This document shows, piece by piece, positions 10,533 through 24,278 of a stretch of 64,000 nucleotides of DNA (positions are counted from its first letter, which is position 1; the number at the start of each line of letters is the position of its first letter). The stretch is from an uncultured Gammaproteobacteria bacterium. GTDB lineage: Bacteria > Pseudomonadota > Gammaproteobacteria > Steroidobacterales > Steroidobacteraceae. The notes beneath the pieces are model-generated. The model had not been told where the DNA came from. It was given only the letters and a program-made list of their open reading frames with translations, and made no database searches. The position numbers and the translations under genes were made by a program. The DNA lies in the NCBI GenBank assembly GCA_963778185.1, contig CAVZTF010000005.1, positions 16,227 through 80,226 of the forward strand. Reading direction: 5' to 3'.

Positions 10533-11832
10533 GCGCGCTCCTCGACCGCGAGGCCCGCCGAGCGGGCCAGCGCCGCGAAGCCCGGGAAGGAGGTCGCGAC
10601 GTTCGCGGTGTCGCGGATCTCGATCGGGGCCGAGGCGCGCAGGCTCGCGACCGTGAACGACATGGCCACCCGATGGTCGCCCGCGCTCTCGATGACGCCG
10701 CCGCTGAAGGGGCCGCCCTCGATGCGCAGGCCATCCGGCCGCACCTCGTTGCGGACACCGAGGGCGTCGAGCCCCCGGGCCATGACCGCGATGCGGTCGC
10801 TTTCCTTGACCCGCAGTTCCTCCGCGCCGGTGACGAGGGTCTCGCCCTCGGCGCAGGCGGCCGCGATGAAGAACGCCGGGAACTCGTCGATGGCGAGCGG
10901 CACGAGGTGCTCCGGCACGCGGACGCCGCGCAGGGCCGCGGGTCGCACCTCGATGTCCGCCACCGGCTCCGCTCCGCAGCTGCGGTGGTTCACGAGGCGC
11001 AGGTCGGCGCCCATGAGCGAGAGCATCTCGAGCAGGCCCGGTGCGGGTCGGGTTGACGCCGACGCCGCGGATCGTGAAGGGCGCGCGCGCGCCGATGCAG
11101 GCCGCGACGATGAAGAACGCCGCGGAGGAAAAATCGCCGGGCACGCTGATGCTCGTGGCCTCGAGCTTCGCGGGCGGGCGCACCGTCGCGCGGCCGCCGC
11201 GAGCGACCACGTCGCAGCCGAATGTCTGCAGCATGCGCTCCGTGTGATCGCGCGTGACCGCCGGCTCCTCGACCGTGGTCTCGCCTTCCGCGTAGAGGCC
11301 GGCCAGCAGCACCGCGGACTTCACCTGCGCGCTTGCGACCGGCATGGCGTAGCGCAGGCCGCGCAAGCGCGAACCGCCGCCGATGCGCACGGGCGGACGG
11401 CCCTGGGTCGTCTCGATGCGCGCTCCCATGTCACGGAGCGGCGCTGCGACGCGCTCCATCGGCCGGCGCATCAGGGATTCATCGCCCACCAGCACCGAAT
11501 CGAACGGCTGCGCGCTCAGCAGCCCCATGAAGAGTCGCATGGCGGTGCCGGCGTTGCCCATGTCGAGCGCTTTGTCCGGCGCCCGCAACCCCCGCAGCCC
11601 CACGCCTTCCACGACGACCTCACCCGGCGCCCGGGCGCCGCACCTCCACGCCGAGACTCGCCACGGCCTCCAGTGTCGCGAGGCAATCCTCGCCTTCGAG
11701 GAACCCGTCGACGCGCGTCGTCCCCGACGCAATGGCGCCGAACATCAGTGCACGGTGGGAAATCGACTTGTCGCCCGGCACCCGGACCTCGCCGGCGATG
11801 CCGGGCGAGGGCGCGACGCGATAGGAGCTCAT
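10529..11832 (-). CDS. aroA: 3-phosphoshikimate 1-carboxyvinyltransferase (EPSP synthase); two frame breaks (about 11630 and the CCC run about 11038)
   Basis: Three collinear pieces: [35 protein letters not shown]...; [35 protein letters not shown]...; and [12 protein letters not shown]...[13 protein letters not shown]... Confidence 0.9.
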
Positions 11833-11833
11833 T

Positions 11834-12971
11834 TCAGAGCACGGCCTTCGGGTACGAGCCCAGGATCCGGAGCAGCGACGCGCGCGACTTGACCTCCGCC
11901 AGCGCCCCGGCCAGCGGCTCGACGCTGCCGTGACCCTCGAGGTCGATGAAGAACACGTAGTCCCACTTGCGGCGCCGCGACGGCCGGGACTCGATGCGGG
12001 TCATGCTGATGCGGTGGGCGGCAAACGGCTCGAGCAACCGGAACAGCGCCCCCGGCGCATCGGTGTGCGCGGCGGACACCAGCAGCGTGGTCTTGTCGGC
12101 ACCGCTCGGCGGAAAGCTCTTGCGGCCGATGACCAGGAAGCGCGTCGTGTTGTCGGGCCGGTCCTCGATCTCGGGCACCAGCACGTTCAGGCCGTAGACC
12201 TCGGCGGCCGAGATGCCCGCGATGGCCGCCGTGCCGTCCTCGTCGCGCGCGCGCCTCGCGCCCTCGGCATTGCTCGCCACCGGAACGCGCTCGACCCCCG
12301 GCAGGTACTCCGAGAGCCAGCTGCTGCATTGCGCCAGCGCCTGCGGGTGGGCGCAGACCCGTTGCACCTTGTCGAGCGACTGCCATGCGACCCATCAGGT
12401 TCTGGTGGATGCGCAGTTCCACTTCGCCGCAGATGCCGAGCGACGACGCCAGGAACATGTCGAGCGTGTTGTTGACCGTGCCCTCGCTCGAGTTCTCGAT
12501 CGGCACCACCCCGAAGTCGGCCGTGCCCGCCTCGACCTCGTGGAACACCTCCTCGATCGAGGTCAGCGGCAACGCCCGCACCGAGTGGCCGAAGTGCTTC
12601 AGGACCGCCTGTTGCGTGAAGGTTCCCTCGGGTCCGAGATAACCGACCTTCAGCGGCTCCTGCTGCGCCAGGCAGGCCGACATGATCTCGCGGAACAGCC
12701 GGACGATTTCCTCGTCGCGCAGCGGGCCGCGCTCCTTGCGGTTGCGCTCGATGGCCATGCGCAGCACCTGCGCCTCGCGCTCCGGGCGATAGAAATCGAC
12801 CGTGTGACCGGACGCGTGCTTGGAGATGCCGACCTGCTGGGCAAACCGCGCCCGCTCGTTGATCAGTGCGTGCAGCTGCGCATCGATGTCGTCGATCCGC
12901 GCGCGGATGTTCTCGAGGCCGGGCCCGGCGGTCGTCTTCGCCCTGGCGGGCTTCTTCGCCTTGCGCGCCAT
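11834..12971 (-). CDS. pheA: Bifunctional chorismate mutase / prephenate dehydratase (P-protein); one frame break near 12383
   Basis: LENIRARIDDIDAQLHALINERARFAQQVG... (chorismate mutase), then KVGYLGPEGTFTQQA... and VCAHPQALAQCSSWL...TRFLVIG...ESRPS (prephenate dehydratase plus ACT). Confidence 0.9.
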
Positions 12972-12973
12972 GC

Positions 12974-14141
12974 TCACACCAGCCTCGCGGCGAGCACGCC
13001 CGGGATGGCGCCCAGCCGCTCGATGACGCGCGCCGGAATCGGCGCGTCGGTGTCGATCAGGGTGTAGGCGAGGTCGCCGCGCGACTTGTTGAGCAGGTCG
13101 GCGATGTTGAGCTTCTCCTCGGCGAGGCAGGTCGAGATCTGGCCGACCATGTTCGGCACGTTGTCGTTCGCGATCGCGATGCGGTTCTCGCCGATCCGCG
13201 GCAGCACGGCCTCGGGGAAGTTCACCGAGTTGCGCACGTTGCCGTTCTCGAGGAAGTCGCGCAGCGTGTCGGCGACCATGATGGCGCAGTTTTCCTCGGC
13301 CTCGCCGGTCGAGGCGCCGAGGTGCGGCAACGCCACGACCCGCGGGTGATCCTTGACGGCGCGGGTCGGGAAATCGCAGACGTAGGACGCGAGCTGGCCC
13401 TCGTCGAGGCCGGCGAGCACCGCCGCCTCGTCCACGATGGCGGCGCGCGCGAAGTTGAGGATCACGCTGCCACGGCGCATCAGCCGGATGCGCGTCGCGT
13501 TCACGAGGCCGCGCGTCGCGTCGTTCAGCGGCACGTGCACGCGTGATCATGTCCGCGCGCGCGAACAGGTCGTCGAGGCTCAACGCCTGCTCCACGCCCG
13601 ACGACAACTGCCAGGCGCGCTGCACGGTGATCTGCGGGTCGTAGCCCAGCACCTTCATGCGCAGGCCGAGCGCGGCGTTGGCGACTTCGACGCCGATCGC
13701 CCCGAGGCCCACCACGCCGAGCGTGCGGGTCGGCAGCTCGTGGCCGACGAACTTCTTCTTGCCCTTCTCGATCGCTTCCTCGATGGCGTGGTCGTCGCCC
13801 TCGAGCGAGCGCACGTAGCCCCAGGCCTGGCAGATGTTGCGCGCGGCCAGGAACATGCCGGCCAGCACGAGTTCCTTGACCGCGTTCGCGTTCGCGCCCG
13901 GCGCGTTGAAGACCGGGATGCCACGGCGACTCAGCTTCGCGACCGGGATGTTGTTGGTGCCCGCGCCGGCCCGCGCCACCGCGATCACGCTCGGCGGCAC
14001 GTCCATCGGGTGCATGTCCGCCGAGCGCAGCAGGATCGCGTCCGGGTGGCCGATCTCGGAGGCCACCTCGTAGCGATCGCGGGGCAGCCGCTCGAGGCCG
14101 CGGACGGAGATGTTGTTGAGGGTGAGAACCTTGAAGGACAT
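12974..14141 (-). CDS. serA: D-3-phosphoglycerate dehydrogenase (about 389 aa form with a C-terminal ACT domain); one frame break near 13541
   Basis: MSFKVLTLNNISVRGLERL...VGVVGLGAIGVEVANAA..., then VHVPLNDATRGLVN...HLGASTGEAEEN..., with an ACT-like tail NVPNMVGQISTCLAEEKLNIADL. Confidence 0.85.
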
Positions 14142-14151
14142 GGCGGGGCCG

Positions 14152-15230
14152 TCAGCCGTGCTTGCGCTGGAACTCGGCCATGTACTGCACCAGCGCCTCC
14201 ACCCCCGCCATGGGCATGGCGTTGTAGAGGCTGGCGCGCATGCCGCCGACGGAACGATGGCCCTGCAACGCCACGAGGCCCGCGGCCTTCGCGCCGTCGA
14301 GGAACGGCTTGTCGAGCTCGGCGGTGGGCAGCACGAACGGCACGTTCATCCACGAACGGCAGTCCCTCGCGACCGGGTTGCGATAGAAGCCCGAGCCGTC
14401 GATCGCGCCGTAGAGACGCTCGGCCTTGGCGCGGTTGTGACGCTCCATCGCGGCGAGCCCGCCCTGGCGCTTGATCCACTGGAACACGGCGCCCGCGACG
14501 TACCAGGAGTAGGTCGCCGGCGTGTTGAGCATCGAGCCGTCCGCCGCCATGGCCTTCCAGTCGAAGACGGTGGGCGTTTCGGGGCGGGCGCGGCCGAGCA
14601 GGTCGTCGCGCACGATGACCACGACGAGCCCCGCGGGGCCGATGTTCTTCTGCGCGCCGGCGTAGATCACGCCGAACCGGCTCACGTCGACGGGTCGCGA
14701 CAGGATCGTGGAGGACATGTCCGCCACCAGCGGCACGCTGCCCGCGTCCGGCACGAACGGGAACTCGACGCCGCCGATGGTCTCGTTCGGCGTGTAGTGC
14801 AGGTAGGCGGCGCCGCTCGTCAGCTTCCAATCGCCGCGCGGCGGGATGCTGCTGTAGTTGCCCGACGCGGCGTCCGCCGCCACGTTCACCTTGCAGTAAC
14901 GCCGGGCCTCGCCGATCGCCTTCTTCGACCACGCGCCCGTGTTGACGTAGTCGGCGACCGAGTCCGGCTGCGTCAGGTTGTACGGGATGGCGGCGAACTG
15001 GGCCGTGGCGCCGCCCTGCAGGAACAGCACCTTGTAGTTCGCGGGGACGGCGAGCAGCTCGCGGAGGTCCGCCTCGGCCTGCTCCGCGATGCTGATGAAC
15101 GCCTTGCCGCGATGGCTCATTTCCATCACGGACATGCCCTGGCCATGCCAGTCGAGCATTTCCTCGCGCAGCTGGTCGAGGACTTCCACGGGCAGCGCGG
15201 CGGGACCGGCGCTGAAGTTGAACACGCGAC

Positions 15231-15234
<4 letters not shown>
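14152..15234 (-). CDS. serC: Phosphoserine aminotransferase
   Basis: [46 protein letters not shown]... The start overlaps the gyrA stop (ATGA). Only the last ~360 aa of the 1458-aa track ORF are real. Confidence 0.95.
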
Positions 15235-17837
<2,603 letters not shown>

Positions 17838-17992
17838 AATTCCGGGCGTTTCGGGGCGGCTGCGCACCCCGGTCAAAAGAAGCGGAATCATACCACAGCA
17901 CCCCCCGCCGACCCGAGCCGCCGGGGGCCCGGCGCTGCCGCTCCGCGAGGTGGACTCGGTATACTGCGCGCCCCTCCCCTGGCCCGGTCCGC

Positions 17993-19334
17993 ATGGAAGC
18001 CGTCGATACGCTCGTCACCGCACGTTGGGTCCTTCCCGTCGAGCCCGATGAACGCGTCCTCGACGACCACGCCGTCGCCATCCGGGGCGGCCGCGTGGTC
18101 GCGGTGCTGCCCGCCGCAGAGGCGCGGGTGCGATTCGACGCGGCGGAGATCCTCGAGCGGCCGCACCACGTGCTGATGCCGGGACTCGTCAACGCCCACA
18201 CGCACGCGGCGATGGTCCTGCTGCGGGGCCGCGCCGAGAACCTGCTGCTCGGGCCCTGGCTGCGCTCCGCGATCTGGCCACTCGAACGTCGCTGGGTCGA
18301 TCCCGAGTACGTGCGCGACGGCACGGAGCTCGCCATCGCCGAGATGCTGCGCGGCGGCGTCACCTGCTTCTCGGACGACCACCTGTGGCCGGAGGTCGTG
18401 GCGCAGGTCTCCGCCGGGTTGCACATGCGCGCGAGCATCGGCCTGGTGGTGACCGAGGCCGCCACGAGCTGGGCCACCACCGCCGACGAGTACATCGACC
18501 GCGGCATGCGCCTGCGCGACGAGTACAAGGGTGATCCGCTGATCGCGACGCATTTCGCGCCCCACGCGCCCTACTCGGTCACGGACGCGACACTGACGCG
18601 CGTGCGTCGCCTCGCCGACGAGCTGGACCTGCCGGTCGCCATCCACCTGCACGAGTCGGCCTGGGAAGTGGACCAGGGCGTGCAGAAGTTCGGGCGGCGT
18701 CCCCTCGCGCGCCTCGCAGCGCTGGGACTGGCGAGCCCGCAACTCGTGGCGGTGCACATGACGCAGGTGGACGACCAGGACCTCGACACGCTGGCGCAGT
18801 CCGGCGCGAGCGTCGTGCACTGCCCGGAATCGAACCTGAAGCTCGGCAACGGCGTGTGTCCACTGCCGAGGCTGCTCGGCCGGGGCGTACGCGTCGCGCT
18901 CGGCACCGACGGCGCCGCCTCGAACAACGACCTCGACGTACTGGCCGAGGCGCGCACCGCCGGCCTCCTCGCTTCGGGCGTCTCCGCCTCGCCGGGCAGC
19001 CTGGTCCCCTCGGACCTGCTGCGCATGGCGACGCTGGAGGGCGCGCGGGTGCTCGGCCTCGGTGACGTGACCGGCAGCCTCGTGCCCGGGCAAGTGGGCC
19101 GACCTGTGCTGTCTCGACCTGCGCGAGCCGCGCAGCTGGCCAGTCAACGACGTGCCCGCCGCCGTGGTCTATTCCGCGTCGTCGCGCCAGGTCACCGACA
19201 CCTGGGTGGCCGGGCGCCGGCTGCTCGCGGACGGCACGCTCATCTACCTCGACGAGGAATCCGTGCTCGCGCGCGCCGATGCGTGGCGCGACCGGCTCGA
19301 CGGAACCGGCCTGGAGGCCCAGCCCGATGCATGA
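17993..19334 (+). CDS. mtaD: 5-methylthioadenosine/S-adenosylhomocysteine deaminase-type amidohydrolase (TRZ/ATZ family); one frame break at the GGG run 19088-19090
   Basis: [14 protein letters not shown]...HLHES...[12 protein letters not shown], then [43 protein letters not shown] in the adjacent frame. Confidence 0.8.
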
Positions 19335-20055
19335 CCCAGTGAACGTCGATCACGCGGAGATCGCGCGCTTCGAGTCGGCCGCCAGCCGCTGGTGGGACCC
19401 CGAGGGCGAGATCCGCACGCTGCACGAAATCAATCCCGTGCGGCTCGCCTACGTCGAGCGCGCAGGCAGCCTCGCCGGCCGCGCGATCGTCGACGTCGGC
19501 TGCGGCGGCGGCGTGCTGGCCGAAGCCATGGCGCGCGCCGGCGCGCAGGTGGTGGGACTCGACCTCGCCGAGGAACTGCTGCGGGTCGCCGAACTGCACG
19601 CGCTCGAAGCGAACGTGCCCGTGACTTACCTGCGGGAGTCCGCGGAGCAGCATGCAGGCTCGCATGCCTCGGCCTACGACGTCGTGACCTGCATGGAAAT
19701 GCTCGAGCACGTCCCCGACCCTGCGTCCGTGGTCACTGCGCTCGCGGCACTCGTGCGGCCCGGCGGCGACCTCTTCGTCTCGACCATCAATCGCACGCCG
19801 CGCGCGTACCTGCACGCAGTGCTCGGCGCCGAGTACGTGCTGCGCCTGCTGCCGGCCGGCACGCACACCTACGCCAGGTTCATCCGTCCGTCGGAACTCG
19901 CCGCCTGGGCGAAGGCGGCCGGACTCACGCTCGTGGACGTGGCCGGCTTCGACTACGACCCGTTCGCGCGCACCGCGCGCCTGTCGAGCGACGCGCGCAT
20001 CAACTATCTCATGCACCTGCGCCGACCGACCGGCAGCAACCCCGCGGCTCGATGA
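19327..20055 (+). CDS. ubiG: Bifunctional 3-demethylubiquinone / 2-polyprenyl-6-hydroxyphenol O-methyltransferase
   Basis: [43 protein letters not shown]...VDVGCGGGVLAE...CMEMLEHVPDP. Confidence 0.92.
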   Translation: MHDPVNVDHAEIARFESAASRWWDPEGEIRTLHEINPVRLAYVERAGSLAGRAIVDVGCGGGVLAEAMARAGAQVVGLDLAEELLRVAELHALEANVPVTYLRESAEQHAGSHASAYDVVTCMEMLEHVPDPASVVTALAALVRPGGDLFVSTINRTPRAYLHAVLGAEYVLRLLPAGTHTYARFIRPSELAAWAKAAGLTLVDVAGFDYDPFARTARLSSDARINYLMHLRRPTGSNPAAR

Positions 20056-20738
20056 GCGGCTACGACGCACTCCTGCTCGACCTCGACGGCACCCTGCTCG
20101 ACACCGCGCCGGACATGGGCGGGGCGCTGAACCGGCTGCGCGCCGAGCGCGGCCTCGAGCCGCTGCCGTTCGCCACGATCCGGCCCGTGGTCTCGCACGG
20201 CGCGGTGCGACTGGTGACGCTCGGCTTTCCCGGCTCGGCCGGCGATGCGTTCGAAGCGTTGCGGTTGCGCTTCCTCGAGCTCTACGCGCAGCACCTGGCC
20301 GAGCACACGACGCTGTTCCCCGGCATCGAGGCGGTGCTCGACGAGCTCGAGGCACGCGGGCTGCCCTGGGGCGTGGTCACCAACAAGCCCGGCTGGCTCA
20401 CGGATCCACTGCTGGCCGCGCTCGAACTCGATCGCCGCGCGGCCTGCGTCGTGAGCGGCGACACGCTGCCGGAGCGCAAGCCGCACCCGCTGCCCCTGCT
20501 GCATGCCGCCGCGCTGGTCCGCGTGCCGCCCGAGCGTTGCGTGTACGTGGGCGACGCCGAACGCGACATCCAGGCCGGGCGCGCCGCGGGCATGGCGACG
20601 GTCGTCGCCGCCTACGGGTACCTCTCCGAGCAGGACGACCCGGGCGGCTGGCAGCCGACGGGAATCGTCGCGGAGCCCGGCGAACTGCGCGACTGGATGG
20701 CTCCGCAGGCCACGAGACTCTCCGGCGCCCGCCCATGA
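20052..20738 (+). CDS. gph: Phosphoglycolate phosphatase (HAD family)
   Basis: LLDLDGTLLDTAPDM...VVTNKP...GDTLPERKPHP...YVGDAERDIQAGRAAGM. The ATG overlaps the ubiG stop. Confidence 0.85.
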   Translation: MSGYDALLLDLDGTLLDTAPDMGGALNRLRAERGLEPLPFATIRPVVSHGAVRLVTLGFPGSAGDAFEALRLRFLELYAQHLAEHTTLFPGIEAVLDELEARGLPWGVVTNKPGWLTDPLLAALELDRRAACVVSGDTLPERKPHPLPLLHAAALVRVPPERCVYVGDAERDIQAGRAAGMATVVAAYGYLSEQDDPGGWQPTGIVAEPGELRDWMAPQATRLSGARP

Positions 20739-22012
20739 ACTGGAACTCTCCCGCCACCCTGGTGCTGATCGCGCTGGCGCCGGTCGCCGCGCTGGTGGCT
20801 GGCTGGCTGATCGGCCGGCGGCGAGTTCATGCGCTCGAACTCGAGCTGGCCACGGCCTGCGCAGAGGCGCGCTCCGCCGCCGATCTCGCCCGGGAGCGCG
20901 AGTACGCGCTCGACCTCGCGCTCGAGCGGCTGCGCGCAGGCTTCGACACCGTCGCCGGCGAGGCGCTGCGCAACAACAGCACGCTGTTCCTCCAGCTCGC
21001 CCGGCAGACGCTCAGCCAGCAGCAGGAAACCGCCTCGCGCAATCTCGGCGAGCGCGAGAAGGCGGTCGAGACGATGCTCGCCCCGGTGCGCGAGGCCCTC
21101 GCCCGCACGCACGAGCAGATCGCGCGCATCGAGAAGGAGCGCGCCGAGAGCTTCGGCGCACTGCGCAGCTCGATCGAGAGCGTCGCGCTCGGCCAGCAGG
21201 CGCTGCAGCGCGAGACGCGCAACCTGGTCACCGCGCTGCGGCGACCGGAGGTGCGCGGCCAGTGGGGCGAGATGACGCTGCGCCGCCTCGCGGAGCTCGC
21301 CGGCATGGTCGAGCACTGCGATTTCGTCGAGCAGGCGCACGTGCAGGGCGAGGACGGGGCGTTGCGCCCCGACATGATCGTGAACATGCCGGACGGCCGG
21401 CAGCTGGTCGTCGACGTGAAGACGCCGCTCGACGCCTATCTCACGGCCGTCGAGGCGGTGAACGACGATGATCGCGCGCTCGCCATCAAGCGCCACGCCC
21501 AGGCGGTCGTCGAGCGCGTGCGCCAGCTCTCCTCCAAGGCCTACTGGGCGCAGTTCGAGCGCAGCCCCGACTTCGTCGTGCTGTTCATCCCGGGCGACCA
21601 GTTCCTCACCGCCGCGATCGGCGAGATTCCCACGCTGCTCGAGGACGCGATCCGCCAGCACGTGATCATCGCCACGCCGTCGAGCTTCGTCGCCCTGCTC
21701 AAGGCCGTGGCCTACGGCTGGCGACAGAACGTGCTCGCCGACAACGCGGCGCGCATCCAGGAACTGGCCGAGGACCTGTACAAGCGACTCGCGAAGTTCA
21801 CCGAGCACATCGCGCGGATCGGCAAGTCGCTGGGACAGAGCGTGGACGCCTACAACAGCGCGGTCGGCTCGCTCGAGCGCCAGGTGCTGCCGGGCGCGCG
21901 CAAGTTCACGGAGCTCGGCCTGCGGCCGGAGCGGGAGATCGAGGAAATCGCGCCCGTCGAGAAGCTGGCCCGGGAGCCGCGGGCCGCCGAGGGGGACGCC
22001 GCCGATGAGTGA
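20735..22012 (+). CDS. rmuC: DNA recombination protein RmuC
   Basis: N-terminal TM helix, a long coiled-coil, and the RmuC C-terminal domain (RGQWGEMTLRRLAELAGM...PDMIVNMPDGRQLVVDVKTPL...). ATGA overlap with gph. Confidence 0.9.
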   Translation: MNWNSPATLVLIALAPVAALVAGWLIGRRRVHALELELATACAEARSAADLAREREYALDLALERLRAGFDTVAGEALRNNSTLFLQLARQTLSQQQETASRNLGEREKAVETMLAPVREALARTHEQIARIEKERAESFGALRSSIESVALGQQALQRETRNLVTALRRPEVRGQWGEMTLRRLAELAGMVEHCDFVEQAHVQGEDGALRPDMIVNMPDGRQLVVDVKTPLDAYLTAVEAVNDDDRALAIKRHAQAVVERVRQLSSKAYWAQFERSPDFVVLFIPGDQFLTAAIGEIPTLLEDAIRQHVIIATPSSFVALLKAVAYGWRQNVLADNAARIQELAEDLYKRLAKFTEHIARIGKSLGQSVDAYNSAVGSLERQVLPGARKFTELGLRPEREIEEIAPVEKLAREPRAAEGDAADE

Positions 22013-22766
22013 GACCGATATCGACGTACGCGCCAACGTGCCCCCGCCCGGAGCGCTCGCCAACCGTGTGATCCTCGTCACCGGAGCGAGCGGTGGCCTC
22101 GGCAGTGCGCTCGCGAAAGCCTGCGCGGCGCTCGGCGCGCGCGTCGTGCTGAGCGGCCGCAAGGTGACCAGGCTCGAGGCCGTCTACGACGCGATCGTGG
22201 CGAGCGGCGCGCCGCGGCCGTCCATCGCCCCGCTCGACCTCGAGCGCGCCGACGCGACGCACTATGCCGCCCTCATGGAGGCCGTGCGCAGCGAGTTCGG
22301 CCGCCTCGACGGACTCGCGCACGTCGCGGGGCTGCTCGGCGAGCGCGCGCCCATCGAGCACTACGACGTCGTCACCTGGATGAAGGTGATGCACGTCAAC
22401 GTGAATGCGACGTTCATCCTGACCCAGGCCCTGCTGCCATTGCTGCGGGCGTCCGAGGATGCCTCGGTGGTGTTCACGACGAGCGGCGTGTCGGTGCGCG
22501 GCCGCGCCTACTGGGGCGCGTATGCCGCCTCGAAGTTCGCGGTGGAGGGCCTGATGCAGGTGCTGGCGGACGAGGTCGAGAACACGACGCACATCCGCGT
22601 GAACAGCGTGAACCCGGGGAAGCTGCGGACGCCGATGCGCGCGAAGGCCTACCCCGGCGAGGATCCGGCTTCGGTGCCGCTGCCCGAGCAGGCGCTCTCG
22701 CCCTTTCTCTACCTGCTCGGTCCCGACAGCCGCGGCGTCAACGGCCGCCGCTTCGACGCCCAGTAG
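22005..22766 (+). CDS. yciK: YciK-type short-chain dehydrogenase/reductase
   Basis: RVILVTGASGGLGSA...MHVNVNATFILTQALLPLL...WGAYAASKFAVEGLMQVLADE...FDAQ. Close to my recollection of E. coli YciK. Confidence 0.85.
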   Translation: MSETDIDVRANVPPPGALANRVILVTGASGGLGSALAKACAALGARVVLSGRKVTRLEAVYDAIVASGAPRPSIAPLDLERADATHYAALMEAVRSEFGRLDGLAHVAGLLGERAPIEHYDVVTWMKVMHVNVNATFILTQALLPLLRASEDASVVFTTSGVSVRGRAYWGAYAASKFAVEGLMQVLADEVENTTHIRVNSVNPGKLRTPMRAKAYPGEDPASVPLPEQALSPFLYLLGPDSRGVNGRRFDAQ

Positions 22767-23526
22767 CGCGGCGTGGCGGTCGCGGGCGCGACTGCCCGGA
22801 GATCGCGAGCACCGCATCGAGAACCTCGCCGTCGAGGTCCCGCGAGCGGCCGCGAGGCAGGTCGCGGGGCAACGTCACCGGCCCCCAGCGGACCAGCATG
22901 ATGCGGCTCACCTTGAGCCCGGCCGAATCGAACAGCGCGCGCACCGCACCGCGCGGCGGATTGCGCTCCGCGGTGACCTTGAACCAGGCGTTGGTGGCGC
23001 TGCCCTCGAGCCGCTCCACGGAGGCGAACGCGACCTCCTCGCCCTCGACGTCCACGAGGTGCGGGATGGCCGGCCACTCGTCCGTGTCCTTCGGCCGCAG
23101 CGCCCGCACGCGATACTCGACGGGCAGCGCGCGTCCGAGCCTGGCCGCGGCCGACGCAAAGGCGCCGTCACTGGCCATGATCAGCAGGCCGTCCTCGCCA
23201 TAGCCGAGCGCGTTCACGGGGAGCCAGCGGCCCGAGCGCAGCGATGGCAGGCGCGTCTCGACGCCGGAGCGCTCGTCGCCCTGCTGGCGCTTGAGCATTT
23301 CGCCACTCGGCTTGTGGTAGACGATCACGCGCATCGTGGGCGCGCTCGCGATGCGCTTCGTGACGTCGCGCCCGTCGACGACGACGCGGTCGGCGGGGCC
23401 CACGCGTTGCCCGACCACGGCGGGCTTGCCGTTCACCAGTACCCGTCCCTCGACGATCCAGCCCTCGACCTGTCGGCGCGAGCCGATGCCGTGCTGGGCC
23501 AGGAGCTTGTGCAGGCGCTCGTCCAA
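22738..23526 (-). CDS. RluB-like S4-domain pseudouridine-synthase homologue; the catalytic GRLD motif is not conserved (see findings)
   Basis: MDERLHKLLAQHGIGSRRQVEGWIVEGRVLVNGKPA (S4 domain). The RsuA/RluB-family body is collinear with E. coli RluB and the gene sits in the usual position after scpB, but VNALGYGEDGLLIMASDG replaces VGRLDVNTCGLLLFTTDG. Confidence 0.7.
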   Translation of the reverse strand: MDERLHKLLAQHGIGSRRQVEGWIVEGRVLVNGKPAVVGQRVGPADRVVVDGRDVTKRIASAPTMRVIVYHKPSGEMLKRQQGDERSGVETRLPSLRSGRWLPVNALGYGEDGLLIMASDGAFASAAARLGRALPVEYRVRALRPKDTDEWPAIPHLVDVEGEEVAFASVERLEGSATNAWFKVTAERNPPRGAVRALFDSAGLKVSRIMLVRWGPVTLPRDLPRGRSRDLDGEVLDAVLAISGQSRPRPPRRATGRRSGGR

Positions 23527-23534
23527 GCGCGCGG

Positions 23535-24278
23535 CTAGTGCTCGGTGTCGGCAGGCGGCGCCGCGACCAGCGTCGGCGCCTGCGGGTCTTCCGACGGCTC
23601 GCCGTCGTCCTCGTCGTCGGTCTCCTCATCGGCCGCCAGCTCATCGGCCGCCTGCGCGTCGGCGGCCGGCGCCTCGAGCGCGGGAGGGTCGGTCGGCACC
23701 GGTTCGCCGCCCGGGAACTCGAGCTGCACGCTGATGTCGTCGAGGTCCCGCAGCTCGGCCAGCGTCGGCAGGTCGTCGAGGCTCTTCAAGCCGAAGTAAT
23801 CGAGGAACTCGCGCGTCGTGCCGAGCAGCTCGGGGTGGCCCGGCACCTCGCGATGGCCGACGACGCGGATCCAGTTGCGCTCGTGCAGCGTGCGCATGAT
23901 GGTGGAGGCGACCGTAACGCCGCGGATGTCCTCGATCTCGCCGCGCGTGACCGGCTGGCGGTACGCGATCAGCGCGAGCGTCTCGAGCAGCGCGCGGGAA
24001 TAGCGGCTCGGCCGCTCCTGCCACAGCCGCGAGACGATCTCCGCGTATTCGGAGCGCACCTGCACCCGCCAGCCGCTCGCCACCTCGCGCAGTTCCACGC
24101 CGCGACCGGCGAGGCGCCCTTGCAGGTCGGCGAGCGCCTCGCGCACGGCGTCGGCGGCGGGACGCTGGGGTTCCTCGAAGAGTTCCAGGATCTGCTCGAC
24201 GGTGACGGGACGCCCCGCGGCGAGCAGCACGGCCTCGAGCACGTTGGTCAGCGGATGTTCGCTCATGGTTTCGCTCAT
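23535..24278 (-). CDS. scpB: Segregation and condensation protein B
   Basis: LEAVLLAAGRPVTVEQILELF...ALLETLALIAYRQPVTRGEIEDIRGV... Confidence 0.9.
   Translation of the reverse strand: MSETMSEHPLTNVLEAVLLAAGRPVTVEQILELFEEPQRPAADAVREALADLQGRLAGRGVELREVASGWRVQVRSEYAEIVSRLWQERPSRYSRALLETLALIAYRQPVTRGEIEDIRGVTVASTIMRTLHERNWIRVVGHREVPGHPELLGTTREFLDYFGLKSLDDLPTLAELRDLDDISVQLEFPGGEPVPTDPPALEAPAADAQAADELAADEETDDEDDGEPSEDPQAPTLVAAPPADTEH

Noticed and set aside
10529-14141. aroA, pheA and serA (and thrA, gabT, galU, mtaD) as true pseudogenes.
   Set aside because: Each has only isolated 1-bp breaks, often in G/C runs, with perfectly conserved sequence on both sides. Simultaneous loss of these functions is biologically implausible, so they are treated as sequencing or assembly errors.
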